DNA from: Octopus bimaculoides
Lineage: Eukaryota
Direction of reading: 5' to 3'
NCBI RefSeq assembly: GCF_001194135.2
Contig: NC_068987.1
Span: forward strand, 42,000,571 to 42,045,356
DNA: 44,786 nucleotides
The stretch's first letter is position 1. Each line of letters starts with the position of its first letter. The notes beneath the pieces are model-generated. The model worked only from the letters and a program-made list of their open reading frames with translations, ran no database searches and was not told the origin of the DNA. This document shows positions 1-11,365 of the stretch, in pieces. Position numbers and translations under genes: made by a program.

Positions 1-4
1 CAGA

Positions 5-168
5 CATTATTATTATTATTATTTTAAATTATTCCCACAAGGGCGGCTTCAGGCAGGTGGAGAATAGTGAATTATATCGACCCCTGTGTCCAACTGGTAC
101 TTATTTTTTAGACCCCGAAAGCTGAAAGGCAAAGTCGATTTCGGCGGAATTTGAACTCAGAACGTAGA
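5..168 (-). mobile_element. tRNA-derived SINE, 5'-truncated (same family as 17762-17996)
   Basis: Reverse complement reads acgttctgagttcaaattccgccgaaatcgactttgcc...taagtaccagtt...ggggtcgat, matching the plus-strand copy at 17.8 kb. (ATA)n tail. Confidence 0.8.
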
Positions 169-1255
169 GATGGGTACAAACCTCCCGTTGCTACACTGAT
201 TCTGCAGAACAGGGTTGAGTGTGAAAACCAACTTTAAAGTGTAAATATAGATGTTTTTGAATACACACATACATACAAATACCTGTCAGTCTCTTCCAAA
301 TACGATCGACAGTCAAACATTTATTCCTTACAAACTGAATTTTCTTAATATCTTTCTTAAAACGCATTTACTTACAACCATATATATATATACACACAAA
401 ATACACATTAATACACACATACATACATACAAATACCTATCATTCTTTTTTATTTAGTGTGTGCGTGTGTGTTACCCATCTTAATATATAATGTTGAAGT
501 TCTGTATCTGTGTGAAGCCTTTTTAAAAGTTTATAGAAATTCACATTTTCCACTTTTTCGTACAAATTTTTACATCAATGGAATTTTCTCGATGTGAACT
601 TTCCAGTGCAGTAATTAGATTTTTAAAATTCTGTTTACTTTGTGTGATTTAAGGGAGAATTGGCTGTTGTTTCTAACAACTTTTATATTTCTTCCCGTCT
701 ACCTTACACATCGATCACGCGCTCAACATATAATATACAGAGTAAGAGTAAAAGAGAGAGAGAGAGAGAGAGAGAAAGTGATACATACAAAGTCATAGAT
801 TAACTTGCTTTAAGACTATTCTTTCCTTCTACCTTTTCACTCTTACTTCGTTCTTCTTCCTCTCTCCCATTTAATAGCTTTCTTCTATCCCTCTACCTCT
901 AACATATTTTTCATAACACACAACCACACATACGTGATCTGTGACAACAACATACACATAAACATTATAGGTATAAGATTTAGTTTCTGTGTATTACTTA
1001 TATAAACATGCGCATGCATTGCTATTTTATAACTGTCTTCCGTTCTCCCTTCCTCTCTTTCTCTTTCTTCATTGCTCCCGTTCTCTATTCCTTTCTCCCC
1101 CCTCTCCTCTCTCGCTCTCTCAAACACATACAGGCGCACGTACACACAAGCATTCACTACAAGATAACTCATGTTCCTCAATGTTTTGTAAATATACAAA
1201 CTACGGAGCTTATGGACAACACATTGCAAATCAGTGAACTTCATTACAAATGTGG

Positions 1256-1423
1256 GTAATTTTTCAGATTAACACCTGCATGATTTTCACTAGGGTGTTA
1301 GGGTTATGGTTTTTGGGTCAGGGTTAGGGTTTTAAGGTTATGATGAGTGTTAGTGTTATGGTTACGGTTTTAGGGTTAGGGTTACGGTTACGTAATCGTG
1401 TGGGTGTTAATCTGAAAAATTAC
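1256..1423. repeat. Small TIR-bounded element with a telomere-like (TTAGGG-variant) core
   Basis: About 30-bp inverted repeats gtaatttttcagattaacacc... at both ends. The interior is degenerate ttaggg/ttatgg/ttacgg. Confidence 0.75.
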
Positions 1424-1489
1424 TGAAATGTGAAAACTACCGACCCTGCCAACTGTTATAACTTTTGTTGTTCTCTTTAATATGTACAT

Positions 1490-2002
1490 AGATTATGCCT
1501 CCAAACAAGACAACTTGCTGAGGAAAGAAAGCAACCGGTTTAAAAAGACAGCAACAGACTGCATCAATTCAACACATTCCAGAAGCTACTTTGAACATAA
1601 TGCAAAATGGTGCATCAACATCTACTGCTCAATCTGATACAATTCCGGCAGAACTGTGTAGCAACAGATCACCAGCAATTGCTTCATCACAAATTGCCAT
1701 CCTACCTCCTGCAAAAAGGAATTACCCTGCTATGTATAATCAAGGCAGTGCAAAAAGTTGTTTTGCACAAGCATTTCTATAGCCAATTAGAAGGATGAAA
1801 TTTACGTACGCTTAATAATTTTACGCAAAACAGCCTTCAGACTTTCCCTATTAATTTCATCGTCTTTTGAATTATGAACATATTTACATCATAAGGGTTC
1901 TTTCGTTGTAAGGCTTTCTTTTTTAGTTGATTTTTACCTAGCAAGACTTATTGTAGATGGCGTAATAAGTCACACCCGGACATGGTCGGGTTATACTGCT
2001 AG
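1490..2002 (+). mobile_element. Non-autonomous or decayed Helitron-like element
   Basis: The 3' end has a GC-rich hairpin acccggacatggtcgggt followed by tatactgCTAG|t, the typical Helitron terminus. The 5' boundary is uncertain. Confidence 0.55.
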
Positions 2003-2284
2003 TATATATATAAAATAGAGCCGGAGTGAGAGGTGACGGTAGAGGAGAGAAATGGCAAAGAGAGCATCATATGAATGAGAAAGGAAGGGGTGATAGATGA
2101 ATAATGAAGGAAGGAGTGAAAAATCCAATAAACAGCATTTGAAGTGTGAGCATATGTGTGTGTAAAAGAGAGGCATGTTTGCATGTGTGTGTGTGTGTGT
2201 ACAAAGGAAATGGGATGGTAAAGTTCAATGCTGAAAATGTGTGACTTTATGTGTGTACAAGTACAAGAAAACTATGTGAAACTT

Positions 2285-2510
2285 TACATAAACAAGTAAG
2301 TTAAAGAAAATATAAAAAAAATAACCCAGAATACTTGTCCGGTACTGGATCGATCCCAAAATCTAATCAGTATGTGCCAGTCATGAGGCCAAACATCCCT
2401 GAAAGTTTCATCCAAATTCATCCAGTGGTTCTTCAGATATCTTGTCCACAGACAAACAAACAAACACGACAAAAAACAATACCTCCAGTAAGGTGGAAGT
2501 ATAATAACAT
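2285..2510 (-). repeat. Unclassified short interspersed repeat with a terminal palindrome
   Basis: Higher-GC block with an (aaac)n run, ending in the near-palindrome atacctcc...ggaagtat. Resembles an abundant non-autonomous DNA element; superfamily not assignable. Confidence 0.45.
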
Positions 2511-3444
2511 ATCTCTTCAATCTAAATACATTCTGGCAGATTCAAATGTAAATATGCTGATCACTGTTGTATTTTGTTTTCAGAGAACATTTCCTCCATA
2601 GCTATCAGCATACTCATGTTTAAATCTGCCAGAATGCATTAAGGATGAATAGATATGTTAGTGATTAGATTCTTACTGTTTTGCATGCATCAGCAAATAA
2701 TGTTTGCTGATTTCTATAAACAAGAGCCACTACTCGCATTTAGTTTCATTGATCTGGAGGTAGCTTTGATGGAACAGAGACACTATGGAGTCTCAAAATT
2801 TCCTCACATCAATGAATTGAGTGTTATGAACACAACATTTAAAAGGAAGAGATATTCTCCAAAGACAAAATGCAATAGTAATCAGCAACTTCACTTTTGA
2901 ATCTATCAGAACATATTAAGAATGAATAGATACATTATTTTTAAGAATCTCACTGTTTAGCATGCCCTTACGAAAAATTAAAATATCTGAAAACAAAATC
3001 TCAGATAAAAAATAGTTGCATGATTTCACAAATAGCTGGAACTCCAGAAATGTTTAAATATACAATGTAGTATGTGCCTTATAGTCCTGACACCATCTTC
3101 TTCAGCTTGTGAAAGATGAAGTATTCTTTCATTATTTCCAAGATCAAACCTTTACTAAAGTCAACTTTGCCCTTTATAACTTTAAGTTCAACACAATAAG
3201 AATTAATAAAAGTCAGTGGTCACTTCAATCAAATTTTACTAATTTGTGGCCTTGTGCCAGTTTGGGGGATCGCTACCATTGTTGATAGTATCCAGTCTCA
3301 ACTACATCAACAATAATAACAATGATTTTTCCCTACAGTGATAATAATGGTTTTACTGCAGTAAAGTGTCTCACAAAGCTATCCAAAAGTATGCAACCAA
3401 ACATGTAATCTCTGTCACTTATATCTTGAATTTGTTAGCTTTTC

Positions 3445-3938
3445 TGAGTATCGACACACTAAAGTTTTGAAAAACTAGGGGCTACTTGGTAGAAGCCTAC
3501 AAGATTATCCATATCTTTCCAACACATTTGGTCACCTTTTTGAATTCAATACCTCTAGCATTCATGGACATACTTATAAAATAAAATACAAAAAAAAAAA
3601 ACCGTGTGGAACCCTTGACTTTCAAAAACAATTTTTTCATGCTCAGAAATTACCTACATCAGTCATTAGATGTCAGGATACTGCGACCTTCAAAATTTCC
3701 ATACTTAGCAAAAATTGCCAAAATTGTTCTTGATGTGCCTATGAACCCTTTCCTATTTATGGATCTTTTACTATTCACTTTTCTGTCTCTCTGTATTTTA
3801 TTCTGTATGCAATGAATGTACTTTTAGCTTTCATTGCTGTCTTTCTTTATGTGACTCACTACTTTCTATCCCTTCTCTTACCCTTTTCCAATGAGTCATA
3901 GTGCACCTGAACACTGTATACAATAAACTCATTATTAT
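3445..3938 (+). mobile_element. CR1/L2-type LINE, 3' fragment
   Basis: Decayed ORF2 C-terminus YLVEAYKIIH ... KLPTSVIRCQDTATFK, then a 3' UTR ending aataaactc(att)n. Confidence 0.6.
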
Positions 3939-4157
3939 TAAAGCTCAAAGATATAAACTTTGAAAGTGGTGGCAGAATTGATAAGATCATACCTTAGTCC
4001 TTTTCACTCCTACAAAGATGAATGACAAAAATCAAGCTCAGAAAACATTTGAACTGAGAACATAAATAGATGTAACAGAACAAGGTATTTATTTCATGAA
4101 TCTGTATGTCAACAACTTACTGCCCTAAGAGAACATGTCTTAATTCCATAATTTTAA

Positions 4158-5070
4158 CCATTTCATTACCAATCCACTTGTAAACATCCAAAAACGTTGT
4201 TGGTTCATATTATCAACAACCCCCATGAAATGACCTATTTATGGCACAAATCTTGTTGGTACATTTGTGAAAACACGAATTCACTTTGTAAACAATAGAA
4301 TTACATTGTCTGACATTATTTTATGTGATATTTGAGTCCTGCAAACTTTTGGAGATTTTTTTTAAAAACTCTTTTTTCTTAGTTATTTTTAGGAAGAGGC
4401 TAGACCAAGCCACAGTCTTTTCCATTGAAATGGAACTTAGATTTTTTTTTTCATCCTCTCTTTGAAGTAATTGCTGCAGAAAAGAATCATTATACAGAAC
4501 ATAAAGAGGAAAATGGATAGTTTGTGGTTTCCCATATGCATGGAAGAGATCCAAGCACTTTTAGGACTCATTTTTATTTTGTATTTACTTGTAATTTTAA
4601 TTTACCTGTAATATGTGTGTGACAAATTTTGATTGATCTGTATTGTCAATCATTATTATTGTGTATTTATGATTGTATGTAGGTTTATTTCATTTAGTTG
4701 ATGGTGTAAGTATTTCATTTTCTAGTTTTCTTCAAAGATAAATTCCAGTACATCTGTTGTATGTTCAACTGATAGATAATCTAGTTATGTGCACAATTCC
4801 TTTATATTAAAATTTTGTTGTATATCCAATTGAATTTTATATTTAATATTTTGTTGACTTGTATATTTTATATTATCTGGAATTAGATTAGCTTTGAGAC
4901 AAAACTCTTGGTTAAATTTTGTGTTAAACTGTCTTCCAAAAATCACATTGATATGTTGAGAAATAAAAAAAATGAATTGTTTTATGAAACCAGTCTACAT
5001 TGATGATTATTTAAAAATTTAATTGCAACACACAATGAGTGTGCTTTGGTTAGAAATATAGTCATGGAAA
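4158..5070 (+). mobile_element. Old, internally deleted piggyBac copy
   Basis: ttaa-ccatttcattacca left end. Blocks are colinear with 11366-11620, about 11890-12000 and 13330-13860. The right TIR is decayed. Confidence 0.7.
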
Positions 5071-5319
5071 TACAGACTGGGTTTGTGTACATCTCTGTGT
5101 GACTCAGTGAGCGAGAGAGAAAGAAAGAGAACATGAGGATTTTATTAATGTCTCTGTCTATGTGTGTATATTTCTAACTCTCTCTGCTTCATCTACTGAG
5201 TCTCTTTTCATACATTATACTGTTAATTAAAAAAATTGCATGTGTTTACCAAATTTCAAATCAATTATTACAAATGAGAGAAAGAGAAAGAATGAGCAAC
5301 TTTCGTTTGGTTGTAAATA

Positions 5320-5636
5320 GGTATGTGGCTTAGTGATTAGGGATTGTGGTTCATGATTATAAGGTCATGAGTTCAACTCATGACAGTGCATTGCATCCTA
5401 GAGCAAGACACTTATTTCACATTGCTCTAGTCCACTCACCTGGTAAAAATGAGTAGTACCTGTACTTCAAAGGGCTAGCCTTGTCACATTCTCTGTCACA
5501 CTGAATCTATCTGAGAACTACATTAAGAGTACACATCTGTGGAGTGCTCAACCACTTGCACATTAATTTCATGATCAGGCTGTTCCAGTGATTGGATCAA
5601 CTGGAACCTTCATTGTTGTAACTGACGGAGCACCAG
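5320..5636 (+). mobile_element. tRNA-derived SINE (second family), near full length
   Basis: A/B-box-like head (gtggcttagtg...gagttcaact). The body matches the reverse copy at 40540-40857 and the partial copy at 6168-7383. Confidence 0.75.
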
Positions 5637-5775
5637 TTTTTTTTGTAAATAAATTAAAAAGACTGTAAAGCTTTAAATGGGTGTTATCATATGAGATAGT
5701 AAGATAATATAATTTCAGTGAAAGAATATTGGTTAAAAAGAGAAAAAGAGAAGAGAGAGAGAGAGAGGTCTAGAC

Positions 5776-6159
5776 CAGTGGTTCTCAATCAGGGTCTCAT
5801 GAGCCCTGGGAGTCCATATAAGATCTTTGGGGTCCACACAAGTAAAACAGTAAATGAGGGTCCATGGTAGTATTTTAAGGGTTAATTAAAAAACTTTGCT
5901 TTAGATGTATTTGTTGTAAGAAACAGCTGAGTTTCTTTCTCTAACAACATAATTCAACATATTTCCAGCCACTGAAACACGTTTTCTCGGAGAGTGTTAT
6001 TGCAAGCCTACACAGGTGAATGAGTGAAAAACAAAATAGGAATTTTGAAAGAAGTATCTATAAAACTAGTTTTTAAACATAGAATTGCTATGGGGGACCA
6101 CTGGAGTAAAATAGTAATCAAGGGGGTCCACAGGTAAAAAAAGTATTTGAGGATCACTG
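5776..6159. mobile_element. hAT (Charlie-type) MITE
   Basis: TIRs cagtggttctcaa / ttgaggatcactg. 8-bp TSD gtctagac / gtctagat. Confidence 0.85.
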
Positions 6160-6207
6160 GTCTAGATTATTCTGTGTCACACTGAAGCTACTTGAGAACT
6201 ACATTAA

Positions 6208-7272
6208 CCCTTTCGTTACTAACCCGGCCGTAGCTGGCCCAAAAATTTTTTGGTTCATAAGACTAACCCGGCCGTAGCCGGCCGAGCGTACCCATTGTTA
6301 TTTAAATGTATATTTGAACCCAAATTTCGTTAGTACATTCGTTCAAACACCTGATTTCACTTTGCAAACAGTTGAGTTATTGTCTCTGACATTATTTGGC
6401 GTGATATTTGAACTCAGTGAATTTTGGAAGATTTTTTTCCACATTTTTTGCGGTGTTAATTTTTTTCAGCTTTGATGCTATCAAGCAGTGATTCCGAATT
6501 TGAAGGTTTTTCAACAGAAGATATGGAGATATCGAAGAAAAGAATGAATGAGCTACAAAAGCACGTAGTGAACGATAATGAATCGGATATTTCTGTATTC
6601 GAAACTGAAAGCAGCGACGGCAACAGCNNNNNNNNNNNNNNNNNNNNNNNNNNNNNNNNNNNNNNNNNNNNNNNNNNNNNNNNNNNNNNNNNNNNNNNNN
6701 NNNNNTAACAATTTTTCTGAGGAAACAGGGTCTACCCATAGTCTTTCTCAGGAAGCGAAACCTTTAGACTTCTTTTTCATGCTTGTTTGAAATGATTACT
6801 GCGGAAACAAACCGTTACACAGATTGTAAACAAACCGGAAAAAAAAAAGATAGCTTGTGGTTTCCTGCAACTGCAGATGAAATACGGGCATTTTTTGCCA
6901 TAAATATTATTATGGGTATTAGACAATTACCCAGAATAACAAATTACTGGAGCAATCAGGAACCTTTTGGCGATGAATATATTTCCAGTATTATGAACGA
7001 GTACGATTTGTGAAGCTGAACCAATATTTACATGTGAGAGACACTAGCAGTACCCCACCCACTCAGTACGTGGAGAACTTAGTTACAAAAATTATGCAAT
7101 AGAATTGATTAAGAACCCTTTCTTTAATTATGTTCCAAATATCACATTAATATGTTGATAAATAAAAAAGTTACAGGTGTTTAATGAGACTAGTCTAAAT
7201 TCATGATTATTTTAGAATTTAATTGAAACTCATGAGGGGTGTATTTTGGCCAGAAATATAGTAACGAAAGGG
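6208..7272 (+). mobile_element. piggyBac internal-deletion derivative inserted in a SINE fragment
   Basis: TTAA TSDs at 6204-6207 and 7273-7276. Perfect 14-bp TIR CCCTTTCGTTACTA. N-terminal transposase remnant FEMITAETNRY...MGIRQLPRITNYWS. Confidence 0.92.
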
Positions 7273-7871
7273 TTAAGGATACACATCTGTGGAGGGCTCA
7301 ACCACTTGCACATTAATTTCATGATCAGGCTGTTCCGTTGATTGGATCAACTGGAACCCTCCTTGTAACTGATGGAGCCCCAGATTTTTTGTAAATAAAA
7401 TAGTAATCAAAAGGGTCCACAGATGAAAAAAAAAATAGTTGAGGATCACAGGTCTAGATTATTCTGCACTTGTGTGTTCAAATTGCAGGCACAGTTGAAA
7501 TGTTTGATATAATGAAATAATGTCATGAAGATCTGTAACTTTACGTATCAAAAGTTATATCAATAGATAGTTAAAATGGAGTAAAATAACCTTAGTTAGC
7601 AAATAGTGTTATGTTTTTATCTTTTACTTGTTCTGGACCAAAGGCTGTGGCCATGCTGGGGCATTTTTCTCTTTTGTTATTAGATTTAAATGCTTATCAG
7701 TATTATGAGGGTAGACAGATACATACATTGGTAGAAGGGAAAGTAGATATGCTTCCTTGCTAGTTAGCTAGGTACAATGGTTAATCTACAGATCTATCAA
7801 TAGAAATGAAAATCTCAATTGGTAAATAACTTGGACCGAGCTTTTGTGATAGCTGGACAGCAAAAAGTATA

Positions 7872-7877
<6 letters not shown>

Positions 7878-7949
<72 letters not shown>

Positions 7950-8006
7950 TATATGTGCATGTACACACACACACACACACATGTGCATGTATATACACAC
8001 ACACAC
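7878..8006. repeat. Compound (TA)n/(CA)n microsatellite
   Basis: Seen directly. Confidence 0.95.
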
Positions 8007-9231
8007 ATATCAGTAGTGAGTCTGGCAGTTGGGCTGAGCCTGAGTATAAATTTAGTGAAGTGAATGTGTATTTGCAAGCTGATTTAATTTCTGCCAACAC
8101 TGACTTCAAGTATGTAATTGCTGCCAATAACTTGAGCTCCTTTTGTTGAGCTTGGTCACAGTTCATTTATTTTCATTCAGCCTGTGGCAATTGTCTTAGA
8201 GGTGCACCATGTAAAAAAATATTCGTAGCAGACGTTCTCTTGACATCGTTCACACACGCCTGACTCGGGCTCAGAAGTTACAGCCCAAGTTATTATCTAT
8301 AATCGTAAAGATTAAAAGTAATTCAAATTCAATGTTTTCTTGAAACAATAAATTTCTATAGAGATTAGGATTTAAATTCCAATCTATGAAAAGTTTTCAT
8401 TCTGAAAAATTATCCAATACGAACAAGCCTAGGTGTAAAAGTGGCAACTCTTGTCAAGAGTACAGGCGACAGATTGCAGATGTTTGTTATGCACTCTGCT
8501 GTCATTATTTGAATGCTGTGTGTCTGTGTGTAAAGATCAGTTGTGTTTTGCAGGGTTGCTTTATTTTTACCCTTAACTTAGAAATGAAGAAAGATATAGG
8601 ACTATATATAAAAAATAAGCCATTTAGGGCTAGAAATAAAGCAGAAAAACATGAAATTCTTTGAGCAGGCCTGCGTCTTATATGAAATCTGTGATGAACC
8701 TGAGTGATGCTGATGACCTGGAGTCGCCTCTGAGATATATATGTTGTTTTAGCTTTTTAATTCAAATTTTTTTTTCCTTAAACTATAAAGCAAATTATAT
8801 CTATCAAATTTGTTAAGAGAAGGTAATTAAGTAATATTTTCTACATTCATTTTGAATATTTTAAAAGTACAATTTTGATTAAATGGCAGAATTAATATAT
8901 TCTAATTGATATATTAAGTTTAATATATTAAAGACAAGCCTTCATATAATGTTTTCAAAACTGAAGACAAGCCTTCACATAATGTTTCCAAGTATGCTGA
9001 CTTACATAATGATATTTTCATGGGTCCCACTAGTAAAAATAGTATTTGCTTTTGACACAGCATTAAGGATATAAATTCTTGTAGTGTACAGAGATTTGGA
9101 AGTTAAAGAGCCAGATAGTTGGAAGAATGAAGCAGTTTTGGATTAGATGTGAGTATTTTAGAAGTCAGTTAAGCACGAGTTAGGAAGCAAGGGTTAGTAG
9201 CATATTAATGAAGAAGGTTCAGGATCATTAA

Positions 9232-9431
9232 CCCTTTTGTTACCATATTTCTGTTGAGATGTTTCTTTCAACTAATTTTAAACATGACAAAGTATTTAGT
9301 AAAACAACTTAGTTATCATTAAGCTAGAGTTAGGAACATAAATTGTGACTAAGGTTTGGTGGAAGATTTTAATTCAGAACTTTTGTACTACAAAGCCAGA
9401 AGCTGTTTTATGCAGGTTTGTATCAAAAGGG
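9232..9431. mobile_element. piggyBac-type MITE (200 bp)
   Basis: TTAA-CCCTTTTGTTAC ... GTATCAAAAGGG-TTAA. Confidence 0.85.
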
Positions 9432-10707
9432 TTAAGATAAGTTTTCACGAAAACTTTGGGTTAAGTCCAGTTTTTAAAATCAGGTACTTGCAGATGTCTT
9501 GCTTATTTAGAAGCCCTGCTAATTGCCAGGCATTCACTTGATTTCTAAACTGTCTATGATCATAAACACACATCAATATAGATCATAAGTCCAATTCCAA
9601 GACAAAGTAGAATCCAATTCTTCTACTGGACAAGTTGAAAACGGGTCTTGATTTTTACAGTTCTACTGCACCACTGCATATAGCAATGTTTAGAATATAG
9701 GCTACCTACAGTGAGATGGAGAGTTCTTGGCTATTGACAGATCACTGTCACAGCTAACAGTCACATGATACAAACTACTGACTTTTCAATCTGTTAATCC
9801 AGTATCTTGTTGAAACTCAGCCAAATGCACTTTTGTATTTGTAATTTACACATCTAACTCAAAATTAGGCAGATGTGTATGCCAATCATATTCTCACAAC
9901 TGCAACAAGAAAATCTAACCAGGAAATATTTATACCAGCATATGCAGGCTACCACTCCTACATAATATACTTCCATCCAAATAATGGTAAAGAATACGGT
10001 ATAAGAACATTCTATTTTGTTTCAGGAAGGAGAGGGAAGCATTTTTTTTGGTGATAATTTTATGTTTATTTTTCTATGACATCGTAAGTTGGAGGGCTTT
10101 TCTAAATTTGACAACTTTCATGGCTTACAGAGTAAATGTTTCGCAAATATGTCTACATGGATGCCACCTTTCACATTCATATAGTTGTATTAAGGTAAAT
10201 TAAGCAACACCATATGGTGCAATGTATAATGTCTAGAGGCAAAAAGGCAATGAATAACAATATAACTGAACTATTGTTGATATGATTAACGGGTCTAATA
10301 TTTTAACTACCCTCTAAAAATATTTCATGAACGCAGGAATATGAATACATTAATCTTAGTCTTTTTACAGATTAGCTAACACCAAGGAGTTTTTAGAATA
10401 GAAAGAAAAGGAAGTTGAAATTTCATGCCTTTTTCAAGGAAATTAGTTACATAGTGAAATAAAATTCACTGAAAACATACCTCTATTCCACAGTACCTAC
10501 TGTTTGCTGAGGCCAAGAATATAACAATTTCTCACTCAAAAAGAGTTACAAATTCTATTTTCAGGTGTCTACAATATAAACACCATAAGGTAGCATGCAC
10601 ATACATGTGTGTGCATGTCTGAGTTACAGAAATTCTACGAGGGTATTAGCTAGATAGTTTGATAAAGCCAGAAGTGTAAACTAAACTATTTGTGTGAGAG
10701 GGCTTAC

Positions 10708-10800
10708 CTGTCCTTTCTGAGAATCACCAGATTCTAAAATAATGGTATGATTTTGGCCATCAGTTACAGTAATCACAGGTATAGAACTAGCAGAGGGGAC
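10708..10800 (-). CDS. TPR: TPR coding exon 12 (phase 0 to 0)
   Basis: atatttcag|GTCCCC...GGACAG|gtaagc. Encodes VPSASSIPVITVTDGQNHTIILESGDSQKGQ. Confidence 0.78.
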
Positions 10801-11028
10801 CTGAAATATCATTTTAAAATTGAGATTAGTGTGCCACACATCTACTTTAGTAGTAATCTCAGTTGTCAGGGCCAAAAGAATAAATGATAAAGAAAAGGAA
10901 AAAAAACAGAACAATTTCTATATACCTGTGGTAGAAAAGTATTTTAAATGGAAACCAAAGAATCTGAAATAATTTGAGAGAGAAAAAATTAAGAAACAAA
11001 ATAAAATATACAAAAGGGGTAGACTTAC

Positions 11029-11071
11029 TTGATTTGTTTTTGAACGTTTTACTTGACTGTTATCTTCTTGT
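11029..11071 (-). CDS. TPR: TPR coding exon 11 (phase 2 to 0)
   Basis: ccctctttcag|ACAAG...AATCAA|gtaagt. Encodes QEDNSQVKRSKTNQ and supplies the phase change needed between exons 10 and 12. Confidence 0.8.
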
Positions 11072-11365
11072 CTGAAAGAGGGTTGAAAATAAAGTCAAGG
11101 TTTTTGATGATCAATAACTGATAATAATTGTAGAACAGCCCACCCATTATATACTTAAAATGGTTGCAGAATTAATTCATAATGTCCCATAACAAAGTCA
11201 ATTATTGTGGCGCCAGTGAAGACCTTCATATAATGCCACAGAATTACTGCTTTCTTCAGACTAGTAGAAAGATTTTAATTCCATAGATAATTAACACAAC
11301 AGTTACTGATAGCAGAAATGTATACCGATTCCACGGTAACTATTTCAAGAGAAGTGAGATATTAA

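Noticed and set aside
4406-4473. Strong minus-strand acceptor followed by QLLQREDEKKNLSS, in phase with TPR exon 12
   Set aside because: It lies in the antisense strand of the decayed piggyBac, has no good donor and shows no TPR similarity. At most a cryptic site.
7786-8166. 126-aa ORF
   Set aside because: Most of its length is microsatellite. The unique part has no recognisable motif or splice signals.
9850-9899. Good acceptor/donor pair on the minus strand
   Set aside because: Stops in all three frames and no other support.
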